DNA from: Halocafeteria seosinensis
Taxonomy: Eukaryota
Length of the DNA: 48,422 nucleotides
Assembly: GCA_001687465.1 (NCBI GenBank)
Contig: LVLI01000234.1
Span: 62,001-110,422, forward strand
Direction of reading: 5' to 3'
In this document: positions 1 through 11,651 of the stretch, one piece after another
How the letters are laid out: every line of letters begins with the position of its first letter
Numbering within the stretch: position 1 is the first letter of the stretch
The notes under the pieces: model-generated
The model's input: the letters and a program-made list of their open reading frames with translations, nothing else
The model's database searches: none
What the model was told of the DNA's origin: nothing
Translations under genes and position numbers: made by a program

Positions 1-365
1 TCCTGTCCCGGTTATTTAGTGTTTTGTGAGGTTGGACGATGCTGTACGTTCAATCTTGTGAGCTCTCGTTTCCCTAACGACGTTCAGCTAGAGACTCACA
101 ACAAATCAGCGACGGTATTATCTACCCGTCTACCGACTCAACAATTGCGCTTACCAGCCGGGCCGACCGACTGGTGTTGTGGGCCAACTTGTGGCCAACT
201 TGTGGGTGGTGGTTGGTGTGGGGCCCTGTGGGCATGCCGCATGGGGAGTGGAGTCCATTGGGGACCCGGGGTGTCAAGTTGCACCCTGCGCAGCGCTGCT
301 CTGTCACTGTCAGCCGTCATAGTTTGCTTGTGAAGTTGCTTCCAAACCACACTGATGAAGTTTTG

Positions 366-410
366 CTGTCAACAAGACACTGTCAATTGTTACAGTGGTC
401 TTGTTGACAG
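366..410. repeat. Inverted repeat / hairpin upstream of the GFA gene
   Basis: ctgtcaacaagac (366-378) is the exact reverse complement of gtcttgttgacag (398-410). Inner actgt/acagt extends the stem past one bulge. Confidence 0.8.
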
Positions 411-465
411 TGGTACTATCTTTGCCCATGTAGCCAAGGGGAGAGCTCCTAGATAGAGGGACGTC

Positions 466-1056
466 ATGGCGAGGGAGCGTGAACTACGTGTCCATTCTGG
501 AGGCTGTCATTGCGGTGTAAGTACATAAAACATACCTTCCTCCTGTGCTGTATGTCGTCGAAGGGGTCTGACTGATGTCATGAGCATGGGCTCGTTTGCT
601 TGTGTGTGCATGGGTGCAGAAAGTGTACTTTGAGTTCGAAGCGCCAGCACATGTGGTCGCTTGGAGCTGTAATTGCTCGATATGCGCCATGAGACGTAAT
701 GACCACATAATGGTCCCAGATTCCAAGTAAGCCCTATGGACGGAATCTGGCTATAGTTTGCTTTGCTGACGGTCAACTTTGAGTGTGCTTGGACTGTCAG
801 ATTTTATCTCAAACGCGGGCAGGACGAGCTATCTTTGTACCAATTCGGAACCCGTACGGCTAAGCACTACTTCTGCAGGAATTGTGGCATTACGAGTTTC
901 TATAAGCCAAGGAGCAATCCTGATGGATATGGGATTACGGCTCACTGTGTTTTTAGCAAGAACTTTGAATCTGTGGAATTCAGGACGTTTGATGGCCAAA
1001 ACTGGGAGGCATGCTTTCAGCAAAGCGATATTGCGTCAATGACGAAAGAATCATAA
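466..1056 (+). CDS. GFA / CENP-V family zinc-binding protein (137 aa, 3 exons)
   Basis: Exons 466-516, 620-726 and 801-1056 with GTAAG..CAG introns give MARERELRVHSGGCHCGKVYF..CNCSICAM..YQFGTRTAKHYFCRNCGI..PRSNPDG, the CxC/CxCxxC/FCxxCG GFA signature. Confidence 0.92.
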
Positions 1057-2050
1057 TGATAACTTTGACGTTTATTTTGGTGGTATTCAGCATGACAGAA
1101 GGATGAAATAAACTCTCAGCGACATTCAACCTGCACTAATTGCTGGACTAACACCTAGTCCCTTGTGATTCGCGAACGAACGCTATGGCACATATAAATC
1201 TGCTTCGGGAACGATGAAGCTTCTGACGGTTTCCCGTGGAATGAAGACGATGTGCTTCGTGGAAAGATACCGTAATCCTGATCAATCAACGAGACAGTCC
1301 TCCAGAATCCTCGAACTCACCTGCACCTCCCTCGCCAGGGATGCGCATTAACCCTGCTGGCACCAACCACAACCAATGCGCACTGGCAACCTTAAAACCA
1401 GAAAATCAAGAAGACATACGGAATTATAAGGCGCACTCTTTTCAGTTATTAAGGTTTGACAACGAAAACAACAGCGTGAATTCGCGGCTGACGGATTCGT
1501 CAGCCTTACTTACTCAAAAATACATGGCCTTCTTGTATCGAATCGAGGCATTATCGTGAGCAGCAAGGGAATCTCACCTTGCTGCAGCTGGCAGCTTTGC
1601 TGTTTGCCTTGGTAGGGATATCCCTGCTCATACCAACCCGGTTTGCATTCGGTCACAATTTGTTCCAGTCCAGCAGCCCCCACTCAGTCAATTATTGACC
1701 AGATGTTCAATGCAAGTGAGGTCCCTGCCTACCTACCCGGCAGCCGAACCGACACGAAAATTCTCATCTCTGAGGAAACTCCATGTTGTTGTACACTTAT
1801 AGCCGGATCTTGTTCACCCTTCATTCTATACTTTAAAAAGTGTTTATTTACGCTCCCCTCACACTCCTCCACCTCCGTCGTTAGTCGATGAAGCTTAAGC
1901 TGCTCATGCCTCAGGAGCTTCACAAGTACGTCGATGGCGAAAAGTGCTCCATTACAGCAGTGTAACAGCACTTATAGCGGTTGTTGTTGACTCAATTCGA
2001 CCTGAAATCAGTAGTAATAGACCACATTCTCTTCTTCTTTGGTGTGTGTG

Positions 2051-3232
2051 ATGGCGTATAGCTCCCCTCCGGCTGGCCGCCATGTCGCATATGCTTCCCA
2101 GCGACCCAGCGTGATTCTCAATCCTGAGCAGCGGGAAATCGTCAAAAAAGCCTGTAAAACAGACGATTTCGAGGCTCTCAGCAATCTTTACGACGAGCTC
2201 CGAAACGAGCATGAGGACCTGGAATTGACGGATATTAAATTGGACGCTGTAAGACGCTGGAGAAAGAGTTATTGACCTTGTATCCGGGCGCTGATAATGA
2301 CGATATGATGCAGGAAAAAGGTTCCACGCCGATCCATTTGGCCGCCGTGAATTATGAACACCATCCCCAGTTATTCAGGAATATGATGGAGTACACGGAC
2401 TTTGACGCGGATGCCCAAGACCAGGTAAGCGGATTCCTGAGCGGAAAGCGAACGTTAGCACAGTCAACACCACAACGAGGAGCTGATTGCAGGATGGATG
2501 GACTATACTTCATATCGCCGCGAACGATGGGGACTTGAATTTTGTTAAGCTGTTGGTTGAGGAAACCCATGTCCACATTCGACAGAAAAATGCAGTAAGT
2601 CCTGAGATGAGTGAAGTACTTCTTGCACGTATTTGTGGGATGGCACTCCGCAGAGGGGATATACACCGGCCGAGCTGGCAAAGTACAATAGTGAATCTCC
2701 AGGGACTACTCAGCATCTTGCAAGTCAGCAAAGAGAAATTTGGGATTATCTGGAATCAATCGACTCCCGACGAAGTACGGGCCAAGACAGGCCACTATAC
2801 CCCCAAAGTCCAGAGAGTATCCACACACTGCAGCAAGTCCTTGATCAGGCAAGTCAAAAGGTGAACGAGGCAGCTCAGGCACTGGCACACTTCTTGCTAA
2901 CACACTCTCCTGAGCCTACCGGTGGGACTAGCTCTGAGGAAACCGAAGAAGAGGGACAGTCGAAGGAGAAAGAAACGATAAAAAAGGAACGACCAAAGGG
3001 AACGGACGAAGGGGGACCATCAAAGGGAAAAGGGGAGGACGAAAAGGAACCACCAAAGGGAGAAGGAAAGGATGAAAAGAAACCACCAAAGGGAGAAGGA
3101 AAGGACGAAAGGGAACCGCCGAAAGAAAGAGTTGACGAAAAGGAAATTAAGAGGAAAGAAAAGGGCGAAAGCGAAAAGAAAAACACAGGAGGGAAAACAA
3201 ACGGGACGAAAGACAGGGAGCCTAAAAACTAG
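2051..3232 (+). CDS. Ankyrin-repeat protein A with Lys/Glu-rich repetitive tail (329 aa, 4 exons)
   Basis: Exons 2051-2248, 2314-2424, 2493-2594 and 2654-3232, all with phase-0 introns. Ankyrin motifs GSTPIHLAA, GWTILHIAANDGDLNFVKLLV and GYTPAELA. Confidence 0.88.
3023..3121 (+). repeat. 33-bp coding tandem repeat x3 (KGEGKDEKEPP-like)
   Basis: A unit like aagggagaaggaaaggatgaaaagaaaccacca occurs three times, preceded by a shorter degenerate copy. Confidence 0.9.
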
Positions 3233-3928
3233 CAAATGGTCGCTGTGTATACGTATCATGCATCAGTGGGCAAACTGAGAAACTCCTAGGAAGTCAGAGT
3301 AGAAGAGCAAGTGGGGCATAGAGTCGCTAGTGCTCACTGAAGCGTCAACTTGCTGAATACGAACCATATGAGTATGAGGTTGCGAGCGAGGGAGATAATC
3401 CTATAGAATTGCAGCAACTAAACCACCGAGAGAGCATGCGGTAACTAGTTGGGGGAATCAGGTGTTGCTACACAGACCGTAGCACAACTTCTGGGAATGT
3501 TGATATCCCTTTGTAGGTTTCATGAAGCATGGATCCACTTATTAAGGATGAAAGAGATAAACACCTCATATATCTATCCACAAGTCCGTACTGGCGGCCG
3601 GCGTCGTGCCTACCTTGCCTTTCCCTTCTCATATTTCTTACTGGGCTTTTGCAAAGTAATAGACACAATTTCTCTGTATATTACCCTTCCATGTTTGTTT
3701 CTTTTGTTAAGGACGCAGGCTCACGTTGGTCTAGGTCGCCTGGCAACTTGACTGAGAGAACTTCACGGGTGGGTGAGTAGTTCAAGAAAATTCTTGTGCG
3801 CCACTTCACAATCTGTTTGACATCCCAGAAACAGGGGGTTTGTGGTTGTTGCCACAGCATGTCCATAGCGTTAGAACAACTACCACTGCCAGCAGGGAAA
3901 GCGAGTACGGGGGTGGTATATAGGTGTG

Positions 3929-4919
3929 ATGGCGGTCCGTAGGGTGGTGCTTGACTCGGCGCAGAGGAAAGCCGTGGCAAAAGCATTCAAGAATGACGAT
4001 GCCAACGCCCTCATCAATCTCTACTATGAGCTTCTGGATGAACATAGGGATCTGGAATTGACGGATATCAAGCTGGACATCGTAAGATTACCTCGTTGTA
4101 CAATCACTCCGTCTCTAGTGTTCTGTCTACCGCGCGATTTCATGGATTTCAGGGAGATGATACCACCCCGCTGCATGTGGCTGCTATGAATTACGCAAAA
4201 CATCCAAAATTGTTTGAGCAGATGAAAACTCTGGATTTCGACCCAGATGCCCAAGATAATGTAAGTGCGAAGCTAACACGTGCATATAGTATACAGGTCC
4301 TGTCTTAGTACTTTCAATGAGTAATTCAGGATGGATGGACTATACTTCATATTGCCGCGTTTAATGGGGATATGGAGCTTGTGGAAATATTAGTACGAGA
4401 TACGCACGTTCATATTCATAAGAGAAATAAAGTGAGTGATGCATGTAGTGCACCTCTCCCGGCTTCCCAGACAACGTCAACATGAGCAAACCAAAACTGA
4501 AACTGTGGTATGCTTCGCAGAGACGTTATACAGCGGCCGAGCTGGCAAAACACTTGAGTGAAAACCCGGCGAGTACTAGAGATATCGCAATAAAGCGAAA
4601 AGCTGTATGGGACTATCTGACATTTGTTAGAGATTCCAGGTGTCACGGAACTCCTGACGATAGCATCTGGTCTCCGCGAACTCCTTATAGAATGCGGTCT
4701 CCGCAAACTCCTACGAGCCATTTCATGTCTCACCCAGTCTATCGTGACGCAGTCATTAATTCTACAAGGCGAATGAATGCCGTGGCAACTAACCTTCTTG
4801 TGCGCTTTACGCTGGCGCACATTGCCGAGTCCCCTCCGGGTATCACGAGGGATAGTTCTGAGAGCACCGAGGAAACAGAGGAACACGACGAAGCAGAGGA
4901 GTCAAAGAGCATGGAGTAG
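3929..4919 (+). CDS. Ankyrin-repeat protein B, tandem paralog of A (253 aa, 4 exons)
   Basis: Exons 3929-4081, 4153-4260, 4330-4431 and 4521-4919. Shares DLELTDIKLD, DFDxDAQD, DGWTILHIAA, THVHI, AELAK and WDYL with gene A, and the same intron positions. Confidence 0.88.
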
Positions 4920-5389
4920 AAATAGAGAACCGCTGGTCCACAAGCTGACACGTATGGGGAATACCCTCCCCGTAGCATCACGTCACGGTGCACGTCAAAA
5001 AGTTTGTGCACTTTCATGCTGCCATTGTTCGCCCACGTGTGTGTCGCCGACGTTCACGAAGAAGACGCTCACGTGGTCCCAGTTACTTAATATAAACAGC
5101 ACACGCAAATGAATGTATTTGTCGTAAATATATACTCCTATTTACGTGCCGGAAAGACTTCTTATTCCCACGACATTCGCTTCCTCAAGCTACTACAACT
5201 CCCACCGTAAGTCCCCAAGTTGAAGTTAAGTTCGTGTCACTTCAAAGAGCCATTCCCTGATACATACTATACAGTGCATTGTTGATCCATATTCGGTTGT
5301 CAGGGTTGTTCGTTCCCAAGTACTCTTGCATGCTCTATCTGCGATAGAGTGAGCTGTCTCTAGAGAAGGAGTGAAAGCGACGCAGAACC

Positions 5390-6529
5390 ATGTAAGTCCT
5401 CAACTTGACGTGGAAATCGCCACTTGAATGCTCTCTACTGTATATTATGGTTTCCTTGGCCTTCAGGGGTCGTTCTCGACGTGGGGATAGTTTGCGCCGC
5501 AAGCACAAAATTAAGGCCGTGGACCCATTTTCGAAAGAAAATGCCGGCAAAGCAGCCCATTTGGACTTGGAATCCTTCGGGTCCGTCGGGCTGGAGAAGC
5601 CACAGCAAGGCAAAAAGAGCAAACGCAGCGCAAGTTACGATCAAGCGCCCAAGAAAGGGGAAGATGAGGCGATTCCGTCGAAAGCAAAAATGCTCATGGG
5701 AGCAGCAGCTATGGAAGGTTTGTCATCAGGAGACATCAGTCTTGTAACCATTTGCCTATATATACGAATCAATGGTGCGCTTGCAGCCGATGAGCCCTCT
5801 TCCAAAAAACGCAAGAGCGATCAGAAGCGAAAAGATAACCCTCGACAGAAGATTGAAATGGCAGTACGTGCATGATCATAAAGCGACCTGCAGTGTCCCA
5901 GACGGTTAATGTATGGGATCTATTGGTTGCAGAAGCGAAATGTGCAAGCCCGTCCTGGTGAATCGTTCAAACAGTATGCTAAGCGTGTTAAACAGATGGT
6001 TCGCCAAACTCTTCAGGAATCAGATAAATCAATTCGCAAGACTAGCGAGAAACGCAAAGCTCACCTGGAAAAACGCGACCAGAAGAAGAAAGAGAAGAAG
6101 CAACAGAAACAAAACTCCTCAACGGGGCAATATAACCATGGAGTCTCTCGGAAGGATGCAGACAGTGACGACGAAGAAATACTTATGCCTCGAGATTATG
6201 TCGCATTCGGAGAACGTGTAGAAGCGCCGCCAAATCTAACGCGAAAGCCCCAGCCTCCCAAATCGCAGAAACGAGAGCGAGCCGTAGACGAGGATGGAAG
6301 TGGGTATGGCGATGAGCATCACGAGTCCAAAGGTACAGATACTGATAAAACCTCTGAAATGGAGGCACTTCGTGCACGAGTGCAAGGTGCCTATAAGGCT
6401 ATGAAACATCGAAAAGCAGAAAACCAGCGTAAGAACCGACTGTCAGCTCAGGAAACCAACGGTGCCAAATCGAAGAAAAGGAAAACTACTGATAAGCCAT
6501 TTGGCTTTTCATTTGACAGTTCGCTGTGA
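5390..6529 (+). CDS. CCDC137-like nucleolar coiled-coil protein
   Basis: Spliced model AT|G-GRSRRGDSLRRKHKIKAVDPF..IPSK..RPGESFKQYAKRV..DYVAFGERVEAPPNLTRKP resembles conserved CCDC137 motifs. There are three GT-AG introns and the first splits the ATG. Confidence 0.7.
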
Positions 6530-6620
6530 GACTCGACGAAAAGAGAACCGAGGATCGCCCTAGTTTTATGAATGACTGTGAAGTGGAACCTCGGTGAACC
6601 ATTCTGACCACACAGCCACA

Positions 6621-6757
6621 CGGAAATCGCCTGGTATCATCTATGGAGTGATTCATTCCGGATTGCAAGTTTTCGTCCTGAGGACCATACGAAAATCGCC
6701 TGACATCATATATTGCAGGATTCGTTACGGATTGCGAGTTTTCGTCCTGATGACCAG
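6621..6757. repeat. ~69-bp imperfect tandem duplication overlapping the FHA gene stop
   Basis: cggaaatcgcctggtatcatctat..gattgcaagttttcgtcctgaggacca versus cgaaaatcgcctgacatcatatat..gattgcgagttttcgtcctgatgacca. Confidence 0.85.
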
Positions 6758-8836
6758 AAATGCGGCGTCATAGCATGGCTGGAGCAACACTATGTCGCCG
6801 TCCGCTACCCTGCTTTGAGTTCCACGATCGCGCAGAACTTCGATCATGCCGCCATGTTCGCTCCATGTGGTCGCGTCGTCGAAAATTCCGGAGAAAACTT
6901 CGGATGCGTCACTGGTTTGATCTCGTAGTGCGCTACCATCAACTAGTTTTAACTCAGTCACTAGAGATTCGCGTATGATATAGGAACAATTTCGTGCGCA
7001 GTGCGAGATGATGATACTAGGATTCCCGTCTGCTTGAACCGTTGCGCTGACATGGTGACGCGAAATGTGAGCGTTTTTAATAAAAATGTCGTGAGTAGCC
7101 AAGAGCACCCGACCTAAGTAGACTGTTTGTTCAGGTCCCAAATAGATCTCTTGCCCGGTTACCAGGTGCACCAGCGCTAACGTGTTGTCTGAATGGGTGA
7201 GAGAGCTGGCTTTCCTGCTCTTAGGCTCCGTGCTCAGCTGGCAATTCTCAAGTAGCTCTTGGCGACTAGGGGTCTGAGGCCTTGCGGAAGAAAACGATAG
7301 GAGTCTCTCGCGTAGCTGCTTGGTTTCATCTAGGAGCAAATCTCGTTCTTCCTTGAGTTGGCGTATCCTGCCGTCTTTCGAAGCCTCACTCGCCGATATA
7401 CTTTCTATTCGTCTTGCCTGTCGCTGTATACATTCCTGGAGGCGCACAACTTCCTTTTCCTTCTTGTCTAACGCCATCTGAGCAGATGCAAGCTGAGACT
7501 GGAATTGCCTTTGGTGCTCCTTGGTACTCTCCAGCTCCTGGACGTTCTTTTTGAGAAACTGCGATAGGGTTATACATAATCCAGCCACGCGCTCGTTTTC
7601 CTCAATATTGTGATGTATATCATTTTGGAACGAAACACGAATACTTTGAAGCTGTTCCTTCATTGAATCAATCTCCGTGTTACAGTGCTTTATTGGAGCT
7701 TGCATGATCTTCAGTCGCTCTCGCAAGTTCTTCAACGTCACTTGACTCTTCGCCTGCTCTTCCTCTAAGGACTCCATTTTCATTTTGTCCCTCTTCCGTT
7801 CTCTGCTTTCAGCCGACAAAGAAGCCAGCAGTTGTTCACATCGCTTCGTTTCAATGGAGACTAATTCGTCCTTATGGGCGAGCTTCCGCTCCAACTTATT
7901 GATATTTTGTTGGTCAAAGTGTCGCTCGTCCTTGAGCGTATACAGGCTCCTCTTCAGCTGCTCATTCTCGTTAGCGGTCACTTTACGCTCGTATTCTTGA
8001 CTTTGGATTTGGTTATAAAGTGTGCTACATTGGTCATAAAGGAATTGGACCCGGTTAAGTTGAACGTTATGATCCTCTTGCATCATTGCTTGGCACTCAG
8101 AGAGCTGGCGCTGCTTGGCAGTTGTTTCCGCTTCTGCACGGTTCGTTTCAGCGTTTAATTCTAACGCCGCTTGCGTGATCGACTTTATTTTGTTTTCCAT
8201 CAAAGTCCATGAAGTCTCCAGGGAACGAACGTCACTGTTTAATCTGTGGACCTTTCTGTTTCTTCTGAATGGTAATGGCTCAGCTTGTCTCTTGGACGCT
8301 GCCACACGAATGGATTGCCAATGCCATCCGTGTGGCGAGGAAGGGGACAGTGTTTGAGAATCATCTTCTGGTGAATACTGATGTGCTATGGAGGCCTTTG
8401 GTGTGGCGTTTGTGGCGTGCATGGAGTAGGAGGACTGAAAGAATGAAACTCGTGGAAGTTCAAATTCTTTTTCTGGAGTTTCCGTTGACATCATGGCTTC
8501 CTGGATGTCGTATTGGGCCCCATTTTCGTCTCCTGTATTCCAAGAGCTATCTTCTTCACCACCCTTATAATGTTCTTCTGTATCTCCTGTTTTGGCATCT
8601 TCCAGAAGCAGAGGAATCGACATGGAAGAATCCATGTTTTCCGAATTCTCTTTATCGTTTTCCGAGGCCGATACTGCCACCATTTCCGTGCTTTCAACGC
8701 TCTCGCTTCCTTTTATTTTTGCTTTCTCCATACTCCCATTGCATTCCTCTTCAATTGTGCAAGTGTCCGTGCTAGTAGTCGTGACTGCAGAGGATGAGGG
8801 ATTCCCGAAAGACCGAGAATTCCTCCCTGTCTTCAT
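6725..8836 (-). CDS. Coiled-coil protein with C-terminal FHA domain (703 aa ORF)
   Basis: Long ORF with an acidic disordered N-terminus, a heptad-rich middle and FHA hallmarks (YLGR..ISRHH..N..GDIVLL). Confidence 0.75.
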   Translation of the reverse strand: MKTGRNSRSFGNPSSSAVTTTSTDTCTIEEECNGSMEKAKIKGSESVESTEMVAVSASENDKENSENMDSSMSIPLLLEDAKTGDTEEHYKGGEEDSSWNTGDENGAQYDIQEAMMSTETPEKEFELPRVSFFQSSYSMHATNATPKASIAHQYSPEDDSQTLSPSSPHGWHWQSIRVAASKRQAEPLPFRRNRKVHRLNSDVRSLETSWTLMENKIKSITQAALELNAETNRAEAETTAKQRQLSECQAMMQEDHNVQLNRVQFLYDQCSTLYNQIQSQEYERKVTANENEQLKRSLYTLKDERHFDQQNINKLERKLAHKDELVSIETKRCEQLLASLSAESRERKRDKMKMESLEEEQAKSQVTLKNLRERLKIMQAPIKHCNTEIDSMKEQLQSIRVSFQNDIHHNIEENERVAGLCITLSQFLKKNVQELESTKEHQRQFQSQLASAQMALDKKEKEVVRLQECIQRQARRIESISASEASKDGRIRQLKEERDLLLDETKQLRERLLSFSSARPQTPSRQELLENCQLSTEPKSRKASSLTHSDNTLALVHLVTGQEIYLGPEQTVYLGRVLLATHDIFIKNAHISRHHVSATVQADGNPSIIISHCARNCSYIIRESLVTELKLVDGSALRDQTSDASEVFSGIFDDATTWSEHGGMIEVLRDRGTQSRVADGDIVLLQPCYDAAFLVIRTKTRNP

Positions 8837-9637
8837 TCCCTTCCCTTCGTCTTACTTTATCGGCAACAACCCACTCCCTCTCAAAGTGATCATTACACTA
8901 GATGATAAAGACTAATGAATGAAACTGTCTCAAATCATATGCTATAAGGTATAGTGCCATGAGAAGGAGTTAAGTTCGTGTGGCCAGTTGCTTCACAGCG
9001 AAGAATTCCAAAATAGATATCACACAATTGATGAAATCCATGTGATTCAGTTTTTCAATAGGAATATAGAACATTTGATGGTTATCAGCAGCTCCACTGG
9101 AGTTGGGAGATAATGATGAGCCATTCATCTGCAGAGGTCCCATCCGAATATTCCTGCACGCTTTAGAACACTAAAATTTTGATATTCAGGAATCCCAATC
9201 CTTTTCCAAATGTTTTTGAATCAGAGAAATCTCAATCGCTGGCCCTCCCGGAGGAGCTCGTGATAGCATGGAATTCAGCTAGATTGATAAACCAGTTGTA
9301 ACTCCACCGGTCACCAACTCCCGCACAGGAAATTTGTCCTCACGACGATAATCGTAAACGCCCATGGATAAATGTTCGTTCCATTATCAACAGGATTTAC
9401 ATATTTGTACACAATTCTTCCGGTGACCGCTTGGTTACGCCGCCAAAGACAGCCAAACGTGCGTTCGTCCTTGGCTATCGAGCAATCAATTCTGCGACTC
9501 TGTACTCAACGATATGATTGTTCGGTTGAGACGCAACACGTGTGGAGGAAGTGTCTTGAGTCTCCTCTTATAGCAGATATACGTGTTATTCCCGATAGTT
9601 TGATTATCAAAGTAGCGTAGATTAGACTCCCGAAACG

Positions 9638-11387
9638 ATGTCGGTGGATAGAGAGACGCTAGCGAAACGCATATTTGGCACAGGAAGCCGTGATCTCCGG
9701 AAAGGTGATGGTACATCTCGCCAGATATCATCCATAGAAGGCCCAAATACACCCAGTTTCGATGATTTATACTCCTCCTCCTCCCCCAATGCTGTCCCGT
9801 CGACTTCCTCATCGCCGTCCCTGATCCATGGTGCAACCAAAGAGGATGAAAAAGGGGCAAATGATGGTGATACAGGGGATCGACCAGACCAGCAACTCAA
9901 TGGAGGCACATCCCCCACTGATGTTAGTGCCCCCATAGCTCAAGATTCGGCTACTCATAGTGATTCTATGAAAGCTTCAACTAACCGCGCTGCTAGTCCG
10001 CAGTCTGTCGATCATCTCCCGGATGAGGAAGAGGAAGCAGAAACTGGCAGTGGATCGGCGACAGCTTCAGGTTCTGGAAGCGCAGCCGCCTCTGGAGCTG
10101 GAACTCACACAGACGAGGACCAAACCAATGCCACTGCTCCGGATATAGGCTCTAAGAAATCTACAAATACGAAATACAAAGATGATACGACGATCAAGTC
10201 TGATTCAATCCGATATAAAAGGTTCCAGGAAGCCTTAAAGGCGAACCCCGTGGACTTAGAACATTTAAAAAAATTGGCATGGAATGGAGTACCACCCGAA
10301 TTTAGGCCGAAAGTATGGCAGCTATTGCTAGGATATCATCCAGTGCGCTCAGATAGAGCGGCTAGAACAATTGACAGGAAGCGAAAAGAATACTGGCAGT
10401 GTGTGAATCAGTATATGGTGGATGGTGAACCACAGATGGACCTTGATACTTCTCAAATTCGCAGTGTACTCATGGATATACCTAGAACTGCACCAGGAAT
10501 CCCCATTATGCATACAGAGAAATTACAAAAGGTACGGTCAAGAATGTTAGGGCTGTTGGTTCATTTTGGCAGATACGTCTTGTGGTTTCTTGACTCCAGT
10601 GTTTAGAGCGAATACTTTACATATGGGCTAGGAGACACCCCGCTTCTGGATATGTACAAGGGATCAATGACCTAGCATCTGCTTTCTTTGTCGTTTTCCT
10701 TACTCCTGTTGTCAATTTGGACAGTACGGATCTGTCTCAACTGCCTCAAGATACATTAGATGTAAGCGACTTCTATGGTTCCCCCTGCATCTTGGCAAAG
10801 TATCCCTGTGTCACCGGCTTTAACGCAGAACATCGAAGCTGATGTGTTTTGGTGTCTCAACAAAATGGTTGATAGGATACAAGATCACTATACTCCATCC
10901 CAGCCGGGAATTCAGCGCATGATATCGAGTCTACGAGAATTATGCAATAGGCTTGATCGTAAGTGTGGCTGATGCTAATCATTCTCTCGTGCATCTCATA
11001 TTCCTGTTTGTTACATTTGCAGCTGAGTTAGTAGAACATATTGAGAATAAGGAAGACAACTTTGGGTTTATGGAATTGACGTTTCGATGGATGAATTGCT
11101 TGTTGATGCGAGAACTTCCCATGCGGTTGATATTCCGTCTGTGGGATACATATTTTAGCGAAGAGCGAGGTGTGGAGCAATTTCACGTTTATGTGTGTGC
11201 AGCTTTGCTACTACATTTTAGTAAAGAACTAAAGGGGATGGCTTTCCACGAGTTAATCTCGTTTGTGCAGCGCTTACCCACCGAAGACTGGTCCGTAAGG
11301 CAGTTGGAAGAACTATTGAGTTACGCCTACATTTACAAAAGCTCTTTCGGGTCAACTTCGGGGCATCTCACCTCTATGGTCGAATAG
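9638..11387 (+). CDS. Rab-GAP TBC domain protein, TBC1D22/Gyp1 type (4 exons)
   Basis: LKKLAWNGVP..RPKVWQLLLGY, MDIPRT (Arg finger), spliced ERILYIWARRHPASGYVQGINDL (Gln finger), EADVFWC, FRWMNCLLMRE and RLWDTY. Confidence 0.95.
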
Positions 11388-11390
11388 CAC

Positions 11391-11410
11391 TTACTTACTT
11401 ACTTACTTAC
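11391..11410 (+). repeat. (TTAC)5 microsatellite directly after the TBC stop codon
   Basis: ttacttacttacttacttac read directly. Confidence 0.9.
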
Positions 11411-11651
11411 CGTATTTCGCGTAGTCCATAAACAGTATATGGTATACTATGCCACTTCACAAAACGATGTGTTCGTGAAGGTGGGATATTCCGGGCCTGT
11501 ACTGAGCGTATACACTATTGTATTGATCATAAAAACCGCAACCTCCAGTTGTCCTGAAGTCAATTTTTAGTTTACAAGTCTTTGGGTAGTTTCGACGATG
11601 AAAGGGAGACGGAAAAAAGGGAGAAATCATCATTTGCTGTAGATCGCCGCG

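Noticed and set aside
19..407. Overlapping 60-104 aa ORFs at the window start, and the many short antisense ORFs throughout
   Set aside because: No domain motifs and mostly non-ATG starts. They are shadows of real exons or promoter sequence.
1060..2030. Possible minus-strand pseudogene with YPYQGKQQSC resembling papain-family proteases
   Set aside because: No QxxCGSCW or catalytic His/Asn motifs, in-frame stops, and no coherent splice model.
8915..9350. AT-rich intergenic stretch with a 57-codon minus-strand ORF and a 14-mer (agttaagttcgtgt) shared with ~5224
   Set aside because: No recognisable motif or splice support. One shared 14-mer is too weak to call.
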